DNA of 64,000 nt from an uncultured Actinomycetota bacterium (GTDB lineage Bacteria > Actinomycetota > Actinomycetes > Propionibacteriales > Nocardioidaceae): NCBI GenBank assembly GCA_963696245.1, contig CAVOJM010000002.1:18776-82775 (forward strand), given 5' to 3'. The notes beneath the pieces were generated by a model. That model worked only from the letters and a program-made list of their open reading frames with translations, was not told the origin of the DNA and searched no databases. How positions within the stretch are numbered: the first letter of the stretch is position 1; each line of letters begins with the position of its first letter. The translations under genes were made by a program, and so were the position numbers. Shown one piece after another: positions 9,701-20,601 of this stretch.

Positions 9701-10327
9701 TCAGTCGCGGAGCACCAGGCTGGTGAGGATCGGCTCCACAGCCTGACGCAGGAGCGTGCCGGGCTCGACGTCGTCGCGCACCAGCACCACCCGGACGTCG
9801 CCCGCCTCCACCATCGCGAGCTCGACCGCTCCCGCAGTGCACGGGTCGTGGTCGGCATGGAGGAAGAGGGACACGCGGGAGAGCGTCGCCCGGCTGCCGT
9901 CGGCGAGCCGGACCGGTCCCCGGTCGACGCCGGTGGACGTGAAGGACTGCCCGCGGGTCAGACCACCCTGCCAGTCCTCGAACGGCTGCTGCGTGAAGCC
10001 CGCGAAGGCGCGGGTCGACCCGCGCGGCCGGGCCGCGCAGTAGCCGTCGCGGAAGACCGCCGGACCGCGGACGACGGCCACGGGGTCGCCGGCGGCGTCG
10101 TCGTAGTAGATCCGGGTCTGGGCGTCCCGGACGGTCCAACCGTCCGCGGGCACCTCGAAGGACGCGCCGGAGGCCGGGTCGTGCACGACCAGCGGGTCGG
10201 ACGTGGCGGTGGCCGGGTCAGTCGGGTCGTCGGCGCCGCCGTACGTCGAGATCGCGACCGCCACTGTCCCGAGGACCGCGAGCACCGCCACGATCCCGAG
10301 GGCGATCGCGACTCGCTGCCGGGTCAT
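9701..10327 (-). CDS. hypothetical membrane-anchored/secreted protein
   Basis: N-terminal hydrophobic helix, two Cys; directly follows glmM. Confidence 0.65.
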   Translation of the reverse strand: MTRQRVAIALGIVAVLAVLGTVAVAISTYGGADDPTDPATATSDPLVVHDPASGASFEVPADGWTVRDAQTRIYYDDAAGDPVAVVRGPAVFRDGYCAARPRGSTRAFAGFTQQPFEDWQGGLTRGQSFTSTGVDRGPVRLADGSRATLSRVSLFLHADHDPCTAGAVELAMVEAGDVRVVLVRDDVEPGTLLRQAVEPILTSLVLRD

Positions 10328-10328
10328 G

Positions 10329-11690
10329 TCAGAGGCTGAGCTGCCGCTTGACCACGTCGGCGAGGCGCTCGGCCACTGCCTGCGCCTCGTCCGGGGTGGC
10401 CGCCTCGACCATCACCCGCACCAGCTGCTCGGTGCCCGACGGACGGAGCAGGATCCGGCCGGTGTCACCGAGGAGGGCCTCCTCCTCGGCCACGGCTGCG
10501 GCCAGGACGGCGTCGTCGTCGGCGCGCGCCTTGTCGACGTCGGGGACGTTGATCAGCACCTGCGGCAGCCGGGTCACGACCGAAGCCAGCGACTGCAGGC
10601 TCTGCCCGGTGGTCGCCATCCGCTCCAGGACGTGCAGGGCGGTCAGCACGCCGTCGCCGGTCGTGGCGTGCTCGCTCATGATCACGTGACCGGACTGCTC
10701 GCCACCGAGGCTGTAGCCGGAGACCTTCATCGCCTCGAGCACGTAGCGGTCGCCGACCTTGGTCTGCCGGACCCCCACACCCGCAGCGCGCATCGCCTGC
10801 ACGAAGCCGAGGTTGCTCATCACCGTGGCGACCACGGTGTTCTTGACCAGGCGACCGGTCTCGGACATCGCGATCGCGAGGATCGCGAGGATCTGGTCGC
10901 CGTCGACCTCGTTGCCCTCGTGGTCGACGGCCAGGACGCGGTCGGCGTCTCCGTCCAACGCGAACCCGGCATCGGCGCCGTGGGCCAGCACCGCGGCCTG
11001 CAGCGGAGCGAGGTGGGTCGAGCCGCAGCCGTCGTTGATGTTGAGGCCGTCGGGCTCGGCGTTGATCGAGATCACCGTGGCGCCGGCGGCACGCAGCGCC
11101 TGCGGCCCCGCGTCGTACGCCGCACCATGGGCGCAGTCGAGCACGACGGTGAGGCCGGTCAGCGGTCCGGAGAGAGTGCCGATCAGGTGGGCGACGTACT
11201 CCTCGACCGGGTTGGCGTACGGCGTGACGGTGCCGACGTCACCACCGATCGGGCGCTCCCAGGGCTCGTCGAGGTGCTGCTCGATCTCCCGCTCCACGGC
11301 GTCGTCGAGCTTGAGCCCGCCACCGGCGAGGAACTTGATGCCGTTGTCGGGCATCGGGTTGTGCGAGGCGCTGATGACGACGCCGAGATCGGCGCCCAGC
11401 GCCTGGGTCATGTAGGCGACCCCGGGAGTGGGCAGCACCCTGAGCCGGAGCACGTCGACGCCGGCGGACGCGAGCCCGGCGACAACGGCGTGCTCGAGGA
11501 ACTGCCCAGAAATGCGCGTGTCCCGGCCCACCACGGCGAGCGGCCGGCCCCGTGTCCCCACGGAGTCCTGGAACTCACCCCGGTCGGCCAGGACACGGGC
11601 GGCGGCAACGGAAAGGTCCAGGGCCAGCTCAGCGGTCAGCTGACCGTTGGCCAGGCCCCGGACCCCGTCCGTGCCAAATACGCGAGCCAT
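10329..11690 (-). CDS. glmM: phosphoglucosamine mutase
   Basis: [34 protein letters not shown]. Confidence 0.97.
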   Translation of the reverse strand: MARVFGTDGVRGLANGQLTAELALDLSVAAARVLADRGEFQDSVGTRGRPLAVVGRDTRISGQFLEHAVVAGLASAGVDVLRLRVLPTPGVAYMTQALGADLGVVISASHNPMPDNGIKFLAGGGLKLDDAVEREIEQHLDEPWERPIGGDVGTVTPYANPVEEYVAHLIGTLSGPLTGLTVVLDCAHGAAYDAGPQALRAAGATVISINAEPDGLNINDGCGSTHLAPLQAAVLAHGADAGFALDGDADRVLAVDHEGNEVDGDQILAILAIAMSETGRLVKNTVVATVMSNLGFVQAMRAAGVGVRQTKVGDRYVLEAMKVSGYSLGGEQSGHVIMSEHATTGDGVLTALHVLERMATTGQSLQSLASVVTRLPQVLINVPDVDKARADDDAVLAAAVAEEEALLGDTGRILLRPSGTEQLVRVMVEAATPDEAQAVAERLADVVKRQLSL

Positions 11691-11704
11691 ATGGCTGCGC
11701 GCGA

Positions 11705-12202
11705 TCAGCGCTTGCTGAACTGCGGCGCCTTGCGGGCCTTCTTGAGACCGGCCTTCTTGCGCTCGATGACGCGGGCGTCACGCGTGAGCAGCCCGGCCTT
11801 CTTGAGCGAGGGGCGGTTGGTCTCGGTGTCGATCGCGTTCAGGCAGCGGGCCACGCCGAGGCGCAGCGCGCCGGCCTGACCGGTGATGCCGCCGCCGTGG
11901 ATGCGGGCGATGACGTCGAAACGACCCTCGAGCTGGAGGTTCGCGAACGGCTCGTTCACGACCTGCTGGTGCAGCTTGTTCGGGAAGTAGGAGTCGAGCT
12001 CCCGGCCGTTGATGGTCCACACGCCGGTGCCCGGCACGATGCGGACGCGAGCGACGGCCTCCTTGCGGCGGCCGGTAGCCGCAGCAGGGATGATGACCGC
12101 CGGACGGGCGGGGGTGTCCGCGGACGGAGCGCTCTCCGAGCTGTAGGCAACGCCCTGCTCGTCGGTCTCGTAGGTCTCTTCGACCTCGGTGGTGTCAGCC
12201 AC
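11705..12202 (-). CDS. rpsI: 30S ribosomal protein S9
   Basis: [40 protein letters not shown]; GTG start at 12202 is inferred. Confidence 0.97.
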   Translation of the reverse strand: MADTTEVEETYETDEQGVAYSSESAPSADTPARPAVIIPAAATGRRKEAVARVRIVPGTGVWTINGRELDSYFPNKLHQQVVNEPFANLQLEGRFDVIARIHGGGITGQAGALRLGVARCLNAIDTETNRPSLKKAGLLTRDARVIERKKAGLKKARKAPQFSKR

Positions 12203-12253
12203 GATGTTCCTCACTCAGAATGTCTCGGTGCACTGAAAAGTGTCAGAAGTGGA

Positions 12254-12697
12254 TTACTGGGAGATCTGCTTGATCTCGAAGGGAATGGCCTTCTGGGCCT
12301 GGTGCGGGTGGTTGGGCCCGGAGTAGACCTTCAGCTTCTTCAGCATCTGACGGCCGAGGCGGTTCTTGGGGAGCATGCCCCACACGGCGGTCTCGATCGC
12401 CTTGCGGGCGTCCTTCTCGAGGATCTCACCGATGGGAGTGGCCGAGAGACCGCCCGGGTAACCCGAGTGGCGGTAGGCCATCTTGGTGGTCTTCTTGTTG
12501 CCCGAGAGGGCAACCTTCTCCGCGTTGATGACGATGACGAAGTCACCGGTGTCCATGTGCGGAGCGAAGATCGGCTTGTGCTTGCCGCGGATCAGGTTCG
12601 CGGCCTGGACGGCGAGGCGACCGAGCACGATGTCGGTGGCGTCGATGACGAGCCACTCGCGCGTGATGTCGCCGGGCTTGGGGCTGTACGTGCGCAC
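12254..12697 (-). CDS. rplM: 50S ribosomal protein L13
   Basis: [44 protein letters not shown]. Confidence 0.97.
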   Translation of the reverse strand: MRTYSPKPGDITREWLVIDATDIVLGRLAVQAANLIRGKHKPIFAPHMDTGDFVIVINAEKVALSGNKKTTKMAYRHSGYPGGLSATPIGEILEKDARKAIETAVWGMLPKNRLGRQMLKKLKVYSGPNHPHQAQKAIPFEIKQISQ

Positions 12698-12909
12698 GGA
12701 GGAACTTCCTTCGTTCGTAGGGCCCGTGGAACCCTGTGTCCCACGGGTGGTGGAGCCACGTCTTCTGACGAACACTGCCCGGCCTACACGGTTCTTGGTT
12801 CAGCACTCATGGTTCAGCACTGTGATGTCCGGGTCTGCATCCCGACCCCGTGGCACTGGAGGTGACTCCGATGAACCAGGTCAGGACGCGGCAGGAGACG
12901 CGACTGGCA

Positions 12910-12939
12910 AGACTACGGGCCTGCCTCGGGGCGGGTCAA
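12910..12939 (-). promoter_or_regulatory. putative housekeeping sigma promoter of rplM-rpsI
   Basis: Minus strand TTGACC-N18-TAGTCT, about 210 nt upstream of the rplM start. Confidence 0.6.
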
Positions 12940-13011
12940 AACCACGGTGCCGGTGGCCGACCACCGGACACCGGGTTCGCACGCTGGGGAAGCGCCGACT
13001 AAGTTGAGCGG

Positions 13012-14302
13012 GTGACTGAATCTCTCACCGTCCGCGACAACCGCACCGGACAGGAGTACGACGTCCCGATCCTCGACGGCGCCATCAAGGCCGCAGATCT
13101 GGGCAAGATCAAGGCCGGGGAGGACACGCCGGGCCTGGCGGTCTACGACCCGGGCTTCGTCAACACGGCGTCCTGTCGAAGCTCCGTCACCTACATCGAC
13201 GGAGACAAGGGCATCCTCGAGTACCGGGGCTACCCCATCGAGCAGCTGGCCGAGAAGTCGAGCTTCCTCGAGGTGGCCTACCTGCTGGTCCACGGCGCTC
13301 TGCCCTCCAAGGCGGAGTACGACTCGTGGGTCCACGAGATCACCTACCACACGTTCGTCCACGAGAACGTCAAGTCGTTCATGCAGGGCTTCCGCTACGA
13401 CGCGCACCCCATGGGGATGCTGATGGCGTCGGTGGGAGCCCTCTCGACGTTCTACCCGGACGCCCGCAACATCAGCGACGCCGACAACCGGCACATGCAG
13501 ATCGTCCGCATGATCGCGAAGATGCCGACCCTCGGCGCCTGGGCCTTCCGCCACGCGCAGGGCAAGCCGTACGTCTACCCGGACAACGACCTCGGCTACA
13601 CCGCCAACTTCCTCTCGATGCTCTTCAAGATGAGCGAGTCGAAGTTCGAGGCGGACGAACGCCTGGTCAAGGCCCTCGACGTGCTCTTCATCCTCCACGC
13701 CGACCACGAGCAGAACTGCTCGACCAACGCGGTCCGCTCCGTCGGGTCCTCGCAGGTCGACCCCTACTCCGCGGTCGCGGCGGGCGTCGGCGCCCTCTAC
13801 GGCCCGCTGCACGGTGGCGCCAACGAGGCGGTGCTGCGGATGCTGCGGCGCATCGGCTCCAAGGAGAACATCCCGGCGTTCATCGCCGGGGTGAAGGACG
13901 GCAACGAGAAGCTCATGGGCTTCGGTCACCGGGTCTACAAGAACTTCGACCCGCGCGCGACGATCATCAAGAAGGCCTGCGACGACGTCTTCGAGGTCAC
14001 CGGGGTCAACCCGCTCCTCGAGATCGCCAAGGAGGCTCGAGAAGATCGCCCTCGAGGACGAGTACTTCATCAAGCGCAAGCTCTACCCGAACGTCGACTT
14101 CTACTCCGGCCTGATCTACGAGGCCTTCCAGTTCCCGCCGGAGATGTTCACGGTCCTGTTCGCGATCGGCCGTACCCCGGGCTGGCTGGCCCAGTGGTCC
14201 GAGCTGGTCCAGGACAAGGAGCAGAAGATCGCTCGTCCGAAGCAGATCTACACCGGCGACCGGACGCTGGACTTCGTTCCGGCCTCGGAGCGCTGGGCGT
14301 GA
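13012..14302 (+). CDS. gltA: citrate synthase (one apparent +1 frameshift near 14035)
   Basis: [35 protein letters not shown]. After ggaggctcga the shifted frame reads [25 protein letters not shown]...RPKQIYTG to TGA 14300-14302. Confidence 0.92.
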
Positions 14303-14949
14303 GCGAAGCTCACCCCGAGCATCAGAAGACGACCCCGGACGCTCCGTCCGGGGTCGTCTTCGATTTGGGCAACGTCCTGATCGACTGGGACCCGTCCGCC
14401 GCGATCGCGGTGGGCGTCGGCGCTGACGAGGCGCGCCGCTTCATGGCCGCCGACGACTTCGACTTCATGTCCTACAACCACGGGCCTGACTCGGGCGGGT
14501 CGTGGGACGACGCCGAGGACGAGGTACGCCGTACGCACCCGCACTGGGCCGAGCACGCGCTGGCCTATCGCGCGAACTTCGCCGCGTCCCTGCTCGGTGA
14601 GGTGCCCGGGACCGTCGACGTCGTCCGCGACCTGCACGCAGCGGGGATCCCGCTCTACGGGCTGACGAACTGGTCCGACGAGCTCTACCCACACGCTCCG
14701 GCGATGTTCGACTTCTTGTCACTGCTCGACGACGTGATCGTCTCGGGCACGGTCAAGGCCGCCAAGCCCGACGCCCGCGCCTACGAGATCGTCGCCGAGC
14801 GCGCCGGCATCCCGCTCGACCAGCTCGCGTTCATCGACGACAGGCAGACCAATGTCGACGCAGCGGCCGCTCTGGGCATGGACGCACTCCTCTTCACCGA
14901 CGCCGCGACCCTCCGCGCCGACCTGCGGGCCCTCGGCCTGCCGGTCTGA
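14299..14949 (+). CDS. HAD-family phosphatase
   Basis: GTG overlaps the gltA stop; VVFDLGNVL motif I, LTNW, KPD, FIDD. Confidence 0.88.
   Translation: MSEAHPEHQKTTPDAPSGVVFDLGNVLIDWDPSAAIAVGVGADEARRFMAADDFDFMSYNHGPDSGGSWDDAEDEVRRTHPHWAEHALAYRANFAASLLGEVPGTVDVVRDLHAAGIPLYGLTNWSDELYPHAPAMFDFLSLLDDVIVSGTVKAAKPDARAYEIVAERAGIPLDQLAFIDDRQTNVDAAAALGMDALLFTDAATLRADLRALGLPV
14325..14361 (+). terminator. perfect 17-bp hairpin downstream of gltA, inside the HAD coding start
   Basis: gaagacgaccccggacg-ctc-cgtccggggtcgtcttc followed by gattt. Confidence 0.65.
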
Positions 14950-14957
14950 TCCGCACG

Positions 14958-15404
14958 ATGACTGAGCGCGACAGGCTCCGGCTGCAGCTGCACGACCTGC
15001 TGCGTGCGGAGACCGGCGCGCTCGGCGTGACCCGGCTGTGCAGCCACTGCGGCAGCACGGACCACGGGCGACCGATCGCGACGGGTGTCGATCAGCCGCA
15101 CGTGAGCCTCTCCTACACCGACGGGCTGGCCGCCGTGGCGTGGAGCTGGGCCGGGCCGGTGGGCATCGACGTCGAGCGTGAGGGTCCGCCCGTCGGCGAG
15201 TTCGGCGACCGCATCACCTGGACCCGGATCGAGGCCCTGCTCAAGACGACCGGCGAGGGACTCCGTCGGGACCCGACCGACCTGCCCGACCTGCCGACGG
15301 CGCGGATCGAGCTCCCGCCCGGCTACGTCGGCACCGTGGCCGGGACCGACGTCAGCTGGCGGACGGCAGGTCCGGCAGCTCCTCGTCGTACAGCCACGGG
15401 CTGA
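14958..15404 (+). CDS. 4'-phosphopantetheinyl transferase (compact Sfp-like)
   Basis: CSHCGSTDHGRP, HVSLS, VGIDVE, WTRIEALLKTTGEGL (WxxKEA-like); adjacent to an NRPS. Confidence 0.75.
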   Translation: MTERDRLRLQLHDLLRAETGALGVTRLCSHCGSTDHGRPIATGVDQPHVSLSYTDGLAAVAWSWAGPVGIDVEREGPPVGEFGDRITWTRIEALLKTTGEGLRRDPTDLPDLPTARIELPPGYVGTVAGTDVSWRTAGPAAPRRTATG

Positions 15405-16676
15405 GCAGGGCGCGGGCCTCGATCCCGGTGTGCGCACTCGTGAAGTCGAGGAAGTCGTCGGTCGTGACCGAGCCGCCGGAGTGGGCCGCGACCCACCCGC
15501 GGAGCAGGTCGAAGAAGGCGTCGTCGCCCACGGTCAGCCGCAGCGTGTGCAGGGTCAGCGCCCCGCGCTTGTAGACCCTGTCGTCGAACATGAGCTCCGG
15601 ACCCGGGTCGGCGAGCACCAGGTCCTGGTCGAGCTCGTCGAGCCGGTCCCAGTGGCGCCGGGCCTGGGCATCGGTGGACTCGCCGCCGGACTCCTCCGAC
15701 CAGATCCACTCGCTGTAGCAGGCGAAGCCCTCGTGCAGCCAGATGTCCTGCCAGCGCGACAGCGTGACCGCGTTGCCGAACCACTGGTGCGCGAGCTCGT
15801 GGGCGATCAGCCGGGTCGCACCCCAGTCACCGCGCACCAGGTTGCGCCCGAAGGTGGAGAGTGACTGCGACTCCAGCGGGATCTCGAGGTCGTCGGCGGT
15901 GACGACCACGGCGTACCCGGCGAAGGGGTACGGGCCGAAGAGCCGCTCGAACACGTCCATCATCTCGTGCTGCCGACCGAAGGCCTCGGTGAACGCACCG
16001 GACTCGAGGTCGGCAGGAGCGAGGACCTGGATGGGTACGCCGCTGCTGGGCTCGGCCGGCAGCTTCCAGTCGGCGTAGCGACCGATCTGCACGGTCGCGA
16101 GGTAGGTCGCCATCGGCTCTGCCTGCTCGTGGATCCAGGTCTCCCGGCTGCCGCCGCGGCGGTGCTCGGTCAGTCGCCCGTTGGAGACGACGCGGTAGCC
16201 GGCGTCGGTCGTCACCGCGATCCGGTAGCTCGCCTTGTCGTCGGGGCGGTCGTTGCAGGGGAACCAGGTCGGCGACCCGTGCGGCTGAGCCGCGACGATC
16301 ACGCCGTCGGCGAGCTCCTCCCACCCGGCGTCACCGAGGTGCTTGTCGTCCACCGGTCGCGGCTGGCCGGAGTAGCGCACGACGACGGTCAGCTCGGTGC
16401 CCTCGTCGACCTCGTCGCGTAGCTGGAGCACCACCAGTGGGAGCGCTCGTTGTACTTCGCCAGCGCGGCCCCGGTGACCCGCACCTGGGCGACGTCGAGG
16501 TGCGCCAGGTCCAGGACCAGCCGGCGGGTCCGCTCGCGGGTGACGACCGACAGGGTCGCCGAGCCGTCGAGCCGGTTGGTCGTCACGGCGTAGACGAGCT
16601 CGAGGTCGTAGTGGCGGACGGCGTACGCCTCGTCGCCGTGTCCAGGCAGGTAGTCGTCGGCCGCAGGCAGGTTCAC
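15352..16676 (-). CDS. M1 family zinc aminopeptidase (frameshift near 16430)
   Basis: N-term DYLPGHGD...HYDLEL; WFPCNDRPDDKA, MATYL, HELAHQWFGN-x-WLHEGFA (HEXXH-x18-E), VYKRGA. Confidence 0.88.
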
Positions 16677-19600
16677 TGGTCCACCCAGGGGCCGATGGGG
16701 TTGCCGATCCACCCGGTCTTGTCCGGCACCGACTCACCCCTCATCACCAGTGACACCGGTCCGACCGTAGCGTGCCGCCCGATGGTCGCCGCGGGCAGGA
16801 TCACCGAGTTCGGTCCGAGGGTCGCGCCCCGGCGCAGCTGGACGGTGTCGGTCGCCAACATCCGGTCGTGGAAGAGGTGGGTCTGCAGGACGCTGCCCTG
16901 GTTGACCGTCGCGCCGTCACCGAGCGTGACCAGGTCAGCCTCCGGCAACCAGTAGGTCTCGCCCACACGCCCCGGCCGACCTGGGTCCCCATCGTGCGGA
17001 ACCACGTGGTCAGCAGCGGGCGGCACCGTCACACGTGCGAAGAACGGCGCCGCGAGCACTTCGATGAAGGTGTCGGGCCAGCTCGTTGCGCCAGACGAAG
17101 GAGCTCCACAGCGGGTGGGTGCCGGGCCGGATCCGGCCGACCAGCAGCCACTTCGCCGCGGTCGCGGCAGCCGCCGAGGCAAGACCGGCCACGAGCAGCG
17201 CCACGCCCACACTTGGCAGCGCCAGCCAGACCGTGCCGGAAGACGCGGCAGCGAGGCCGACCGCCCGACCGCGGCGTACATCCCGACCGACGCGACCACC
17301 GGCACCAACCGGGCGGTCTCCCAGAGGCCGCGGGCGACCTTGAGCCGGGTGGGTGGTGCGTAGGTGCGGCCGTCGTCGCCCGACTGCGACGTACGCCGCA
17401 GAGTCGCGGGCGGGCTGCCCAGCCACGACTCGCCGGCCCGGGCGGTCTTGCGCCCGGGCGCCGCCGACAGCACCGCCACGAGGGCGCGCTTGGGGACCTT
17501 GCGTCCAGGTGCGGCCATGCCGGAGTTGCCCACGAAGGAGCGTTTCCCGATCTTGACCCGTTCGATGCGCAGCCACCCGCCGCCGAGCTCGTAACCACCG
17601 ATCAGGGTGTCGTCGGCGAGGAACGCGAGGTCGTTGACCGTGGTCATCGCCGGGATCATCAGCACCGTCGAAGCCTCGACGTCCGCACCGATCCGGGCGC
17701 CGAGCAGCCGGAGCCAGGTCGGAGTGAGCTGCGAGGAGTAGAGCGGGAAGAGCCAGGTCCGAGCCTCGTCGAGCACTCGCACCGTCGCCCACACCTGGAG
17801 AGCGATCCGGCTGCGGACCGGGTAGACGCCGGCCGTCAACCCGCGCGCGGCCACCCGGACCACCAGCAGCACCAGCGCGGTGAGCACCAGCAGCCCGACC
17901 AGGGTCGCCGGCACCAGCCACGGCAGCAGCGCGCCGAGGAGGTCGCCCGCGCTGCTCACGTGAGAGAGATCAGCGGCGGCGAGGGCCACGGCGCCACCCG
18001 CGGCGACGGACAGGGCAGGCAGGAGGGAGAGCACGGTCGCCACCACGGCGTACGCCGCCACCCATGCCGGTGAGCTCGTCGGCCGCTCCGACCACGGACC
18101 GCGCGCGGCCCCGGACAGCCGGGTGGCTGGCGAACCCGACCAGAACTCCCCCGCCGGGACGGTCCCGAAGACCGCCGAGCCCGCGGCGACCTCGGCGTCG
18201 TCGCCGACCACCGCGTCGGGGCAGAGCATGCTCCGCGTGCCCACGCGCGCCCGGTGACCGACCCGGATCTCGCCGACCCGCAGCACGTCGCCGTCGACCC
18301 AGTAGCCGGTCAGGTCGACCTCGGGCTCGACCGAGCAGCCCTTGCCGAGAGTGAGGTTGCCGGTGACCGGCGGCACCGAGTGGAGATCGGCGTGACGGCC
18401 GACCTTCGCGCCGAGGAGCCGTGCGTACCAGGTCATGTACGGCGCCCCCGCGAGGCTGGTCGCGCCGAGCTGGTCGACCAGGCGCTCCGCGGCCCAGAGG
18501 CGCAGGTGGGTCTTGCCGCCGCGGGGATGCTCGCCGGGCTCGAGGTCTCGCAGCAGGAACCGGGCACCGCCGGCGGCCAGCAGCATCCGGCCCGGCGGCG
18601 TGACGAAGACGAGTGCGCCGACGACGAGCCACCACCAGGACGCGGTCGGCAACCAGGCGACGTCGTACAGATCATGGACGACGGTGCTCGCGGCCGACAG
18701 CCAGACCACCCAGCGCGGCGCGGCGAGCGCCCGGAGCAGCACCACCGCGACCACCTGGCCGGTCTGGGTCTTGAGCGGCGTCGGCCGGACCGAGCGGTCG
18801 GTCGCGTGGTCGGTGCCGGCGTCGAGCGCGTCCAGGTGGTCGGCGATCGACCCGACCGTCGGGTGGTCGTAGACGTCGCCGACCGCGACGTCCGGGTTGC
18901 GCTCACGGAGCAGGGAGACCATCTGCGCGGCGGTGAGGCTGCCGCCGCCGAGGTCGAAGAAGTCGTCGTCGCGGCTGGTGACGACGGCACCGAGGACTTC
19001 GAGCCAGAGGCCGGCGACCCAGGCCGCGGTCCCGTCCAGCCCGGCCGGGGCTTGTCCGCGGTCACCAGCGGCCAGGGCAGCGCGTCGCGGTCGACCTTGC
19101 CGGAGGTCCGGGTCGGGATCGTCGTCGACGCACGGCGAGCCGCGGCACGAGCGCGGCCGGCATCTCGGCACGGAGGCGTGGCGATCGCAGCTGGCCGGCG
19201 TCGTACTGCTCGTCGACGCTGACGTAGCCGACCAGCAGCTGGTTGCCGGACGCCGTACGGCGCACCGCGGCGGCCGCGCCCACGACACCCGGCAGCGCGA
19301 GCAGCGCGGAGTCGATCTCGCCGAGCTCGATCCGCCGGCCGCCGAGCTTGACCTGGTCGTCGGCGCGACCGCCGAAGAGCAGGCCCGCCGGGTCGTTCAC
19401 GACGAGGTCGCCGCTGCGGTAGGCGCGGTCCCAGCCCAGGCGTGGGCATCGCGGCGTACTTCTCGGCGTCCTTCGCCGGGTCGAGGTAGCGGGCCAGCCC
19501 GACGCCGCCGATGATCAGCTCGCCGGTCGCACCCTCCGGGACCGGGCTGCCCGTCGGCGTCGACGACGGCGAGGTCCCAGCCGTCGAGCGGCAGACCGAT

Positions 19601-20523
19601 CCGGACCGGCCCGTCGGCCGTGAGCTGGGCGCCGCAGGCGACGACGGTCGCCTCGGTCGGGCCGTAGGTGTTCCAGACCTCGCGGCCGTCGCGGACCAGC
19701 CGCGCGCCGAGCTCGGGCGGGCAGCGCCTCGCCGCCGAGGATCAGCAGCCGCACCCGGTCGAGGGCCTCGTCCGGCCACAGCGACACCAGCGTCGGCACC
19801 GTCGAGACGACGGTGACCTCGTTGGCGGCGAGCCACGGCCCGACGTCCATGCCGCTGCGGACCAGCGCGCGCGGCGCGGGCACCAGGCAGCCGCCGTACC
19901 GCCAGGCGAGCCACATCTCCTCGCAGGACGCGTCGAAGGCGACCGAGAGCCCGGCCATCACCCGGTCCTGCGGTCCGAGCGGCTCGCGCCTGGAGGAACA
20001 TCCGGGCCTCGGCGTCGACGAACGCCGCGGCGTTGCGGTGCGTGACGGCGACGCCCTTCGGCGTGCCGGTCGAGCCGGACGTGAAGATCACCCAGGCGTC
20101 GTCGTCGGCGAGTCGGGTCCTCGCGCGTCGCGGGCCGGCCCCGTGCGTCGCGGCTCGACCGCCAGGTCGGTGCCGATGACGGCAGCGACGTCGGCCTCGC
20201 CGAAGACCAGGCGGGCCCGCTCCTCCGGGTCGTCGGCGTCGACGGGGACGTACGCCGCGCCGACGAGCAGCGTGGCCATGATCGCGATGTAGAGGTCGGT
20301 CGTGCCCGAGCGGCAGCCGGACGCCGACCTTGTCGCCGCGGCCGACACCGAGCGCGGCGAGCTCGTCGGCGACCTCGTCGGCGGCCTCGGCGAACTCCTC
20401 GTAGGTCAGGGCGTCCGCGCCCGGTGTCGAGCGCGGTGACCTCTCCGAACTGCGCGACGGTGACCCGGAAGATGTCGACCAGGGTCCGAGGTGCTGGCGC
20501 AGCGCGGACCGGAGAAGACTCAC
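16673..20523 (-). CDS. Pls/PosA-family membrane-bound single-module NRPS (poly-amino-acid synthetase-like), multiple frameshifts
   Basis: Fragments across frames: [48 protein letters not shown] domain [10 protein letters not shown], then TM segments with three LLGAKVG/LLGARIG-type hexapeptide-repeat domains, QTHLFHDR and C-terminal WIGNP. Confidence 0.88.
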
Positions 20524-20554
20524 CCGCCGATCCTCGGGGTCCGAGGTGAACGGA

Positions 20555-20592
20555 CGGTGACCTGTCCAGCCAGCTGGCCGGACAGGTCATCG
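20555..20592 (-). terminator. hairpin between the surface-protein gene and the NRPS
   Basis: cggtgacctgtccagcca-gc-tggccggacaggtcatcg, 16 of 18 complementary. Confidence 0.55.
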
Positions 20593-20601
20593 CCTCGTCT
20601 G

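Noticed and set aside
14030-14045. Programmed ribosomal frameshift in gltA
   Set aside because: No slippery heptamer is visible and many neighbouring genes carry similar indels; sequencing error is simpler.
13012-14949. Apparent 645-aa citrate synthase-HAD fusion
   Set aside because: One extra G near 14035 shifts gltA into the HAD frame; the true gltA C-terminus (YPNVDFYSG) is in another frame with its own stop at 14302.
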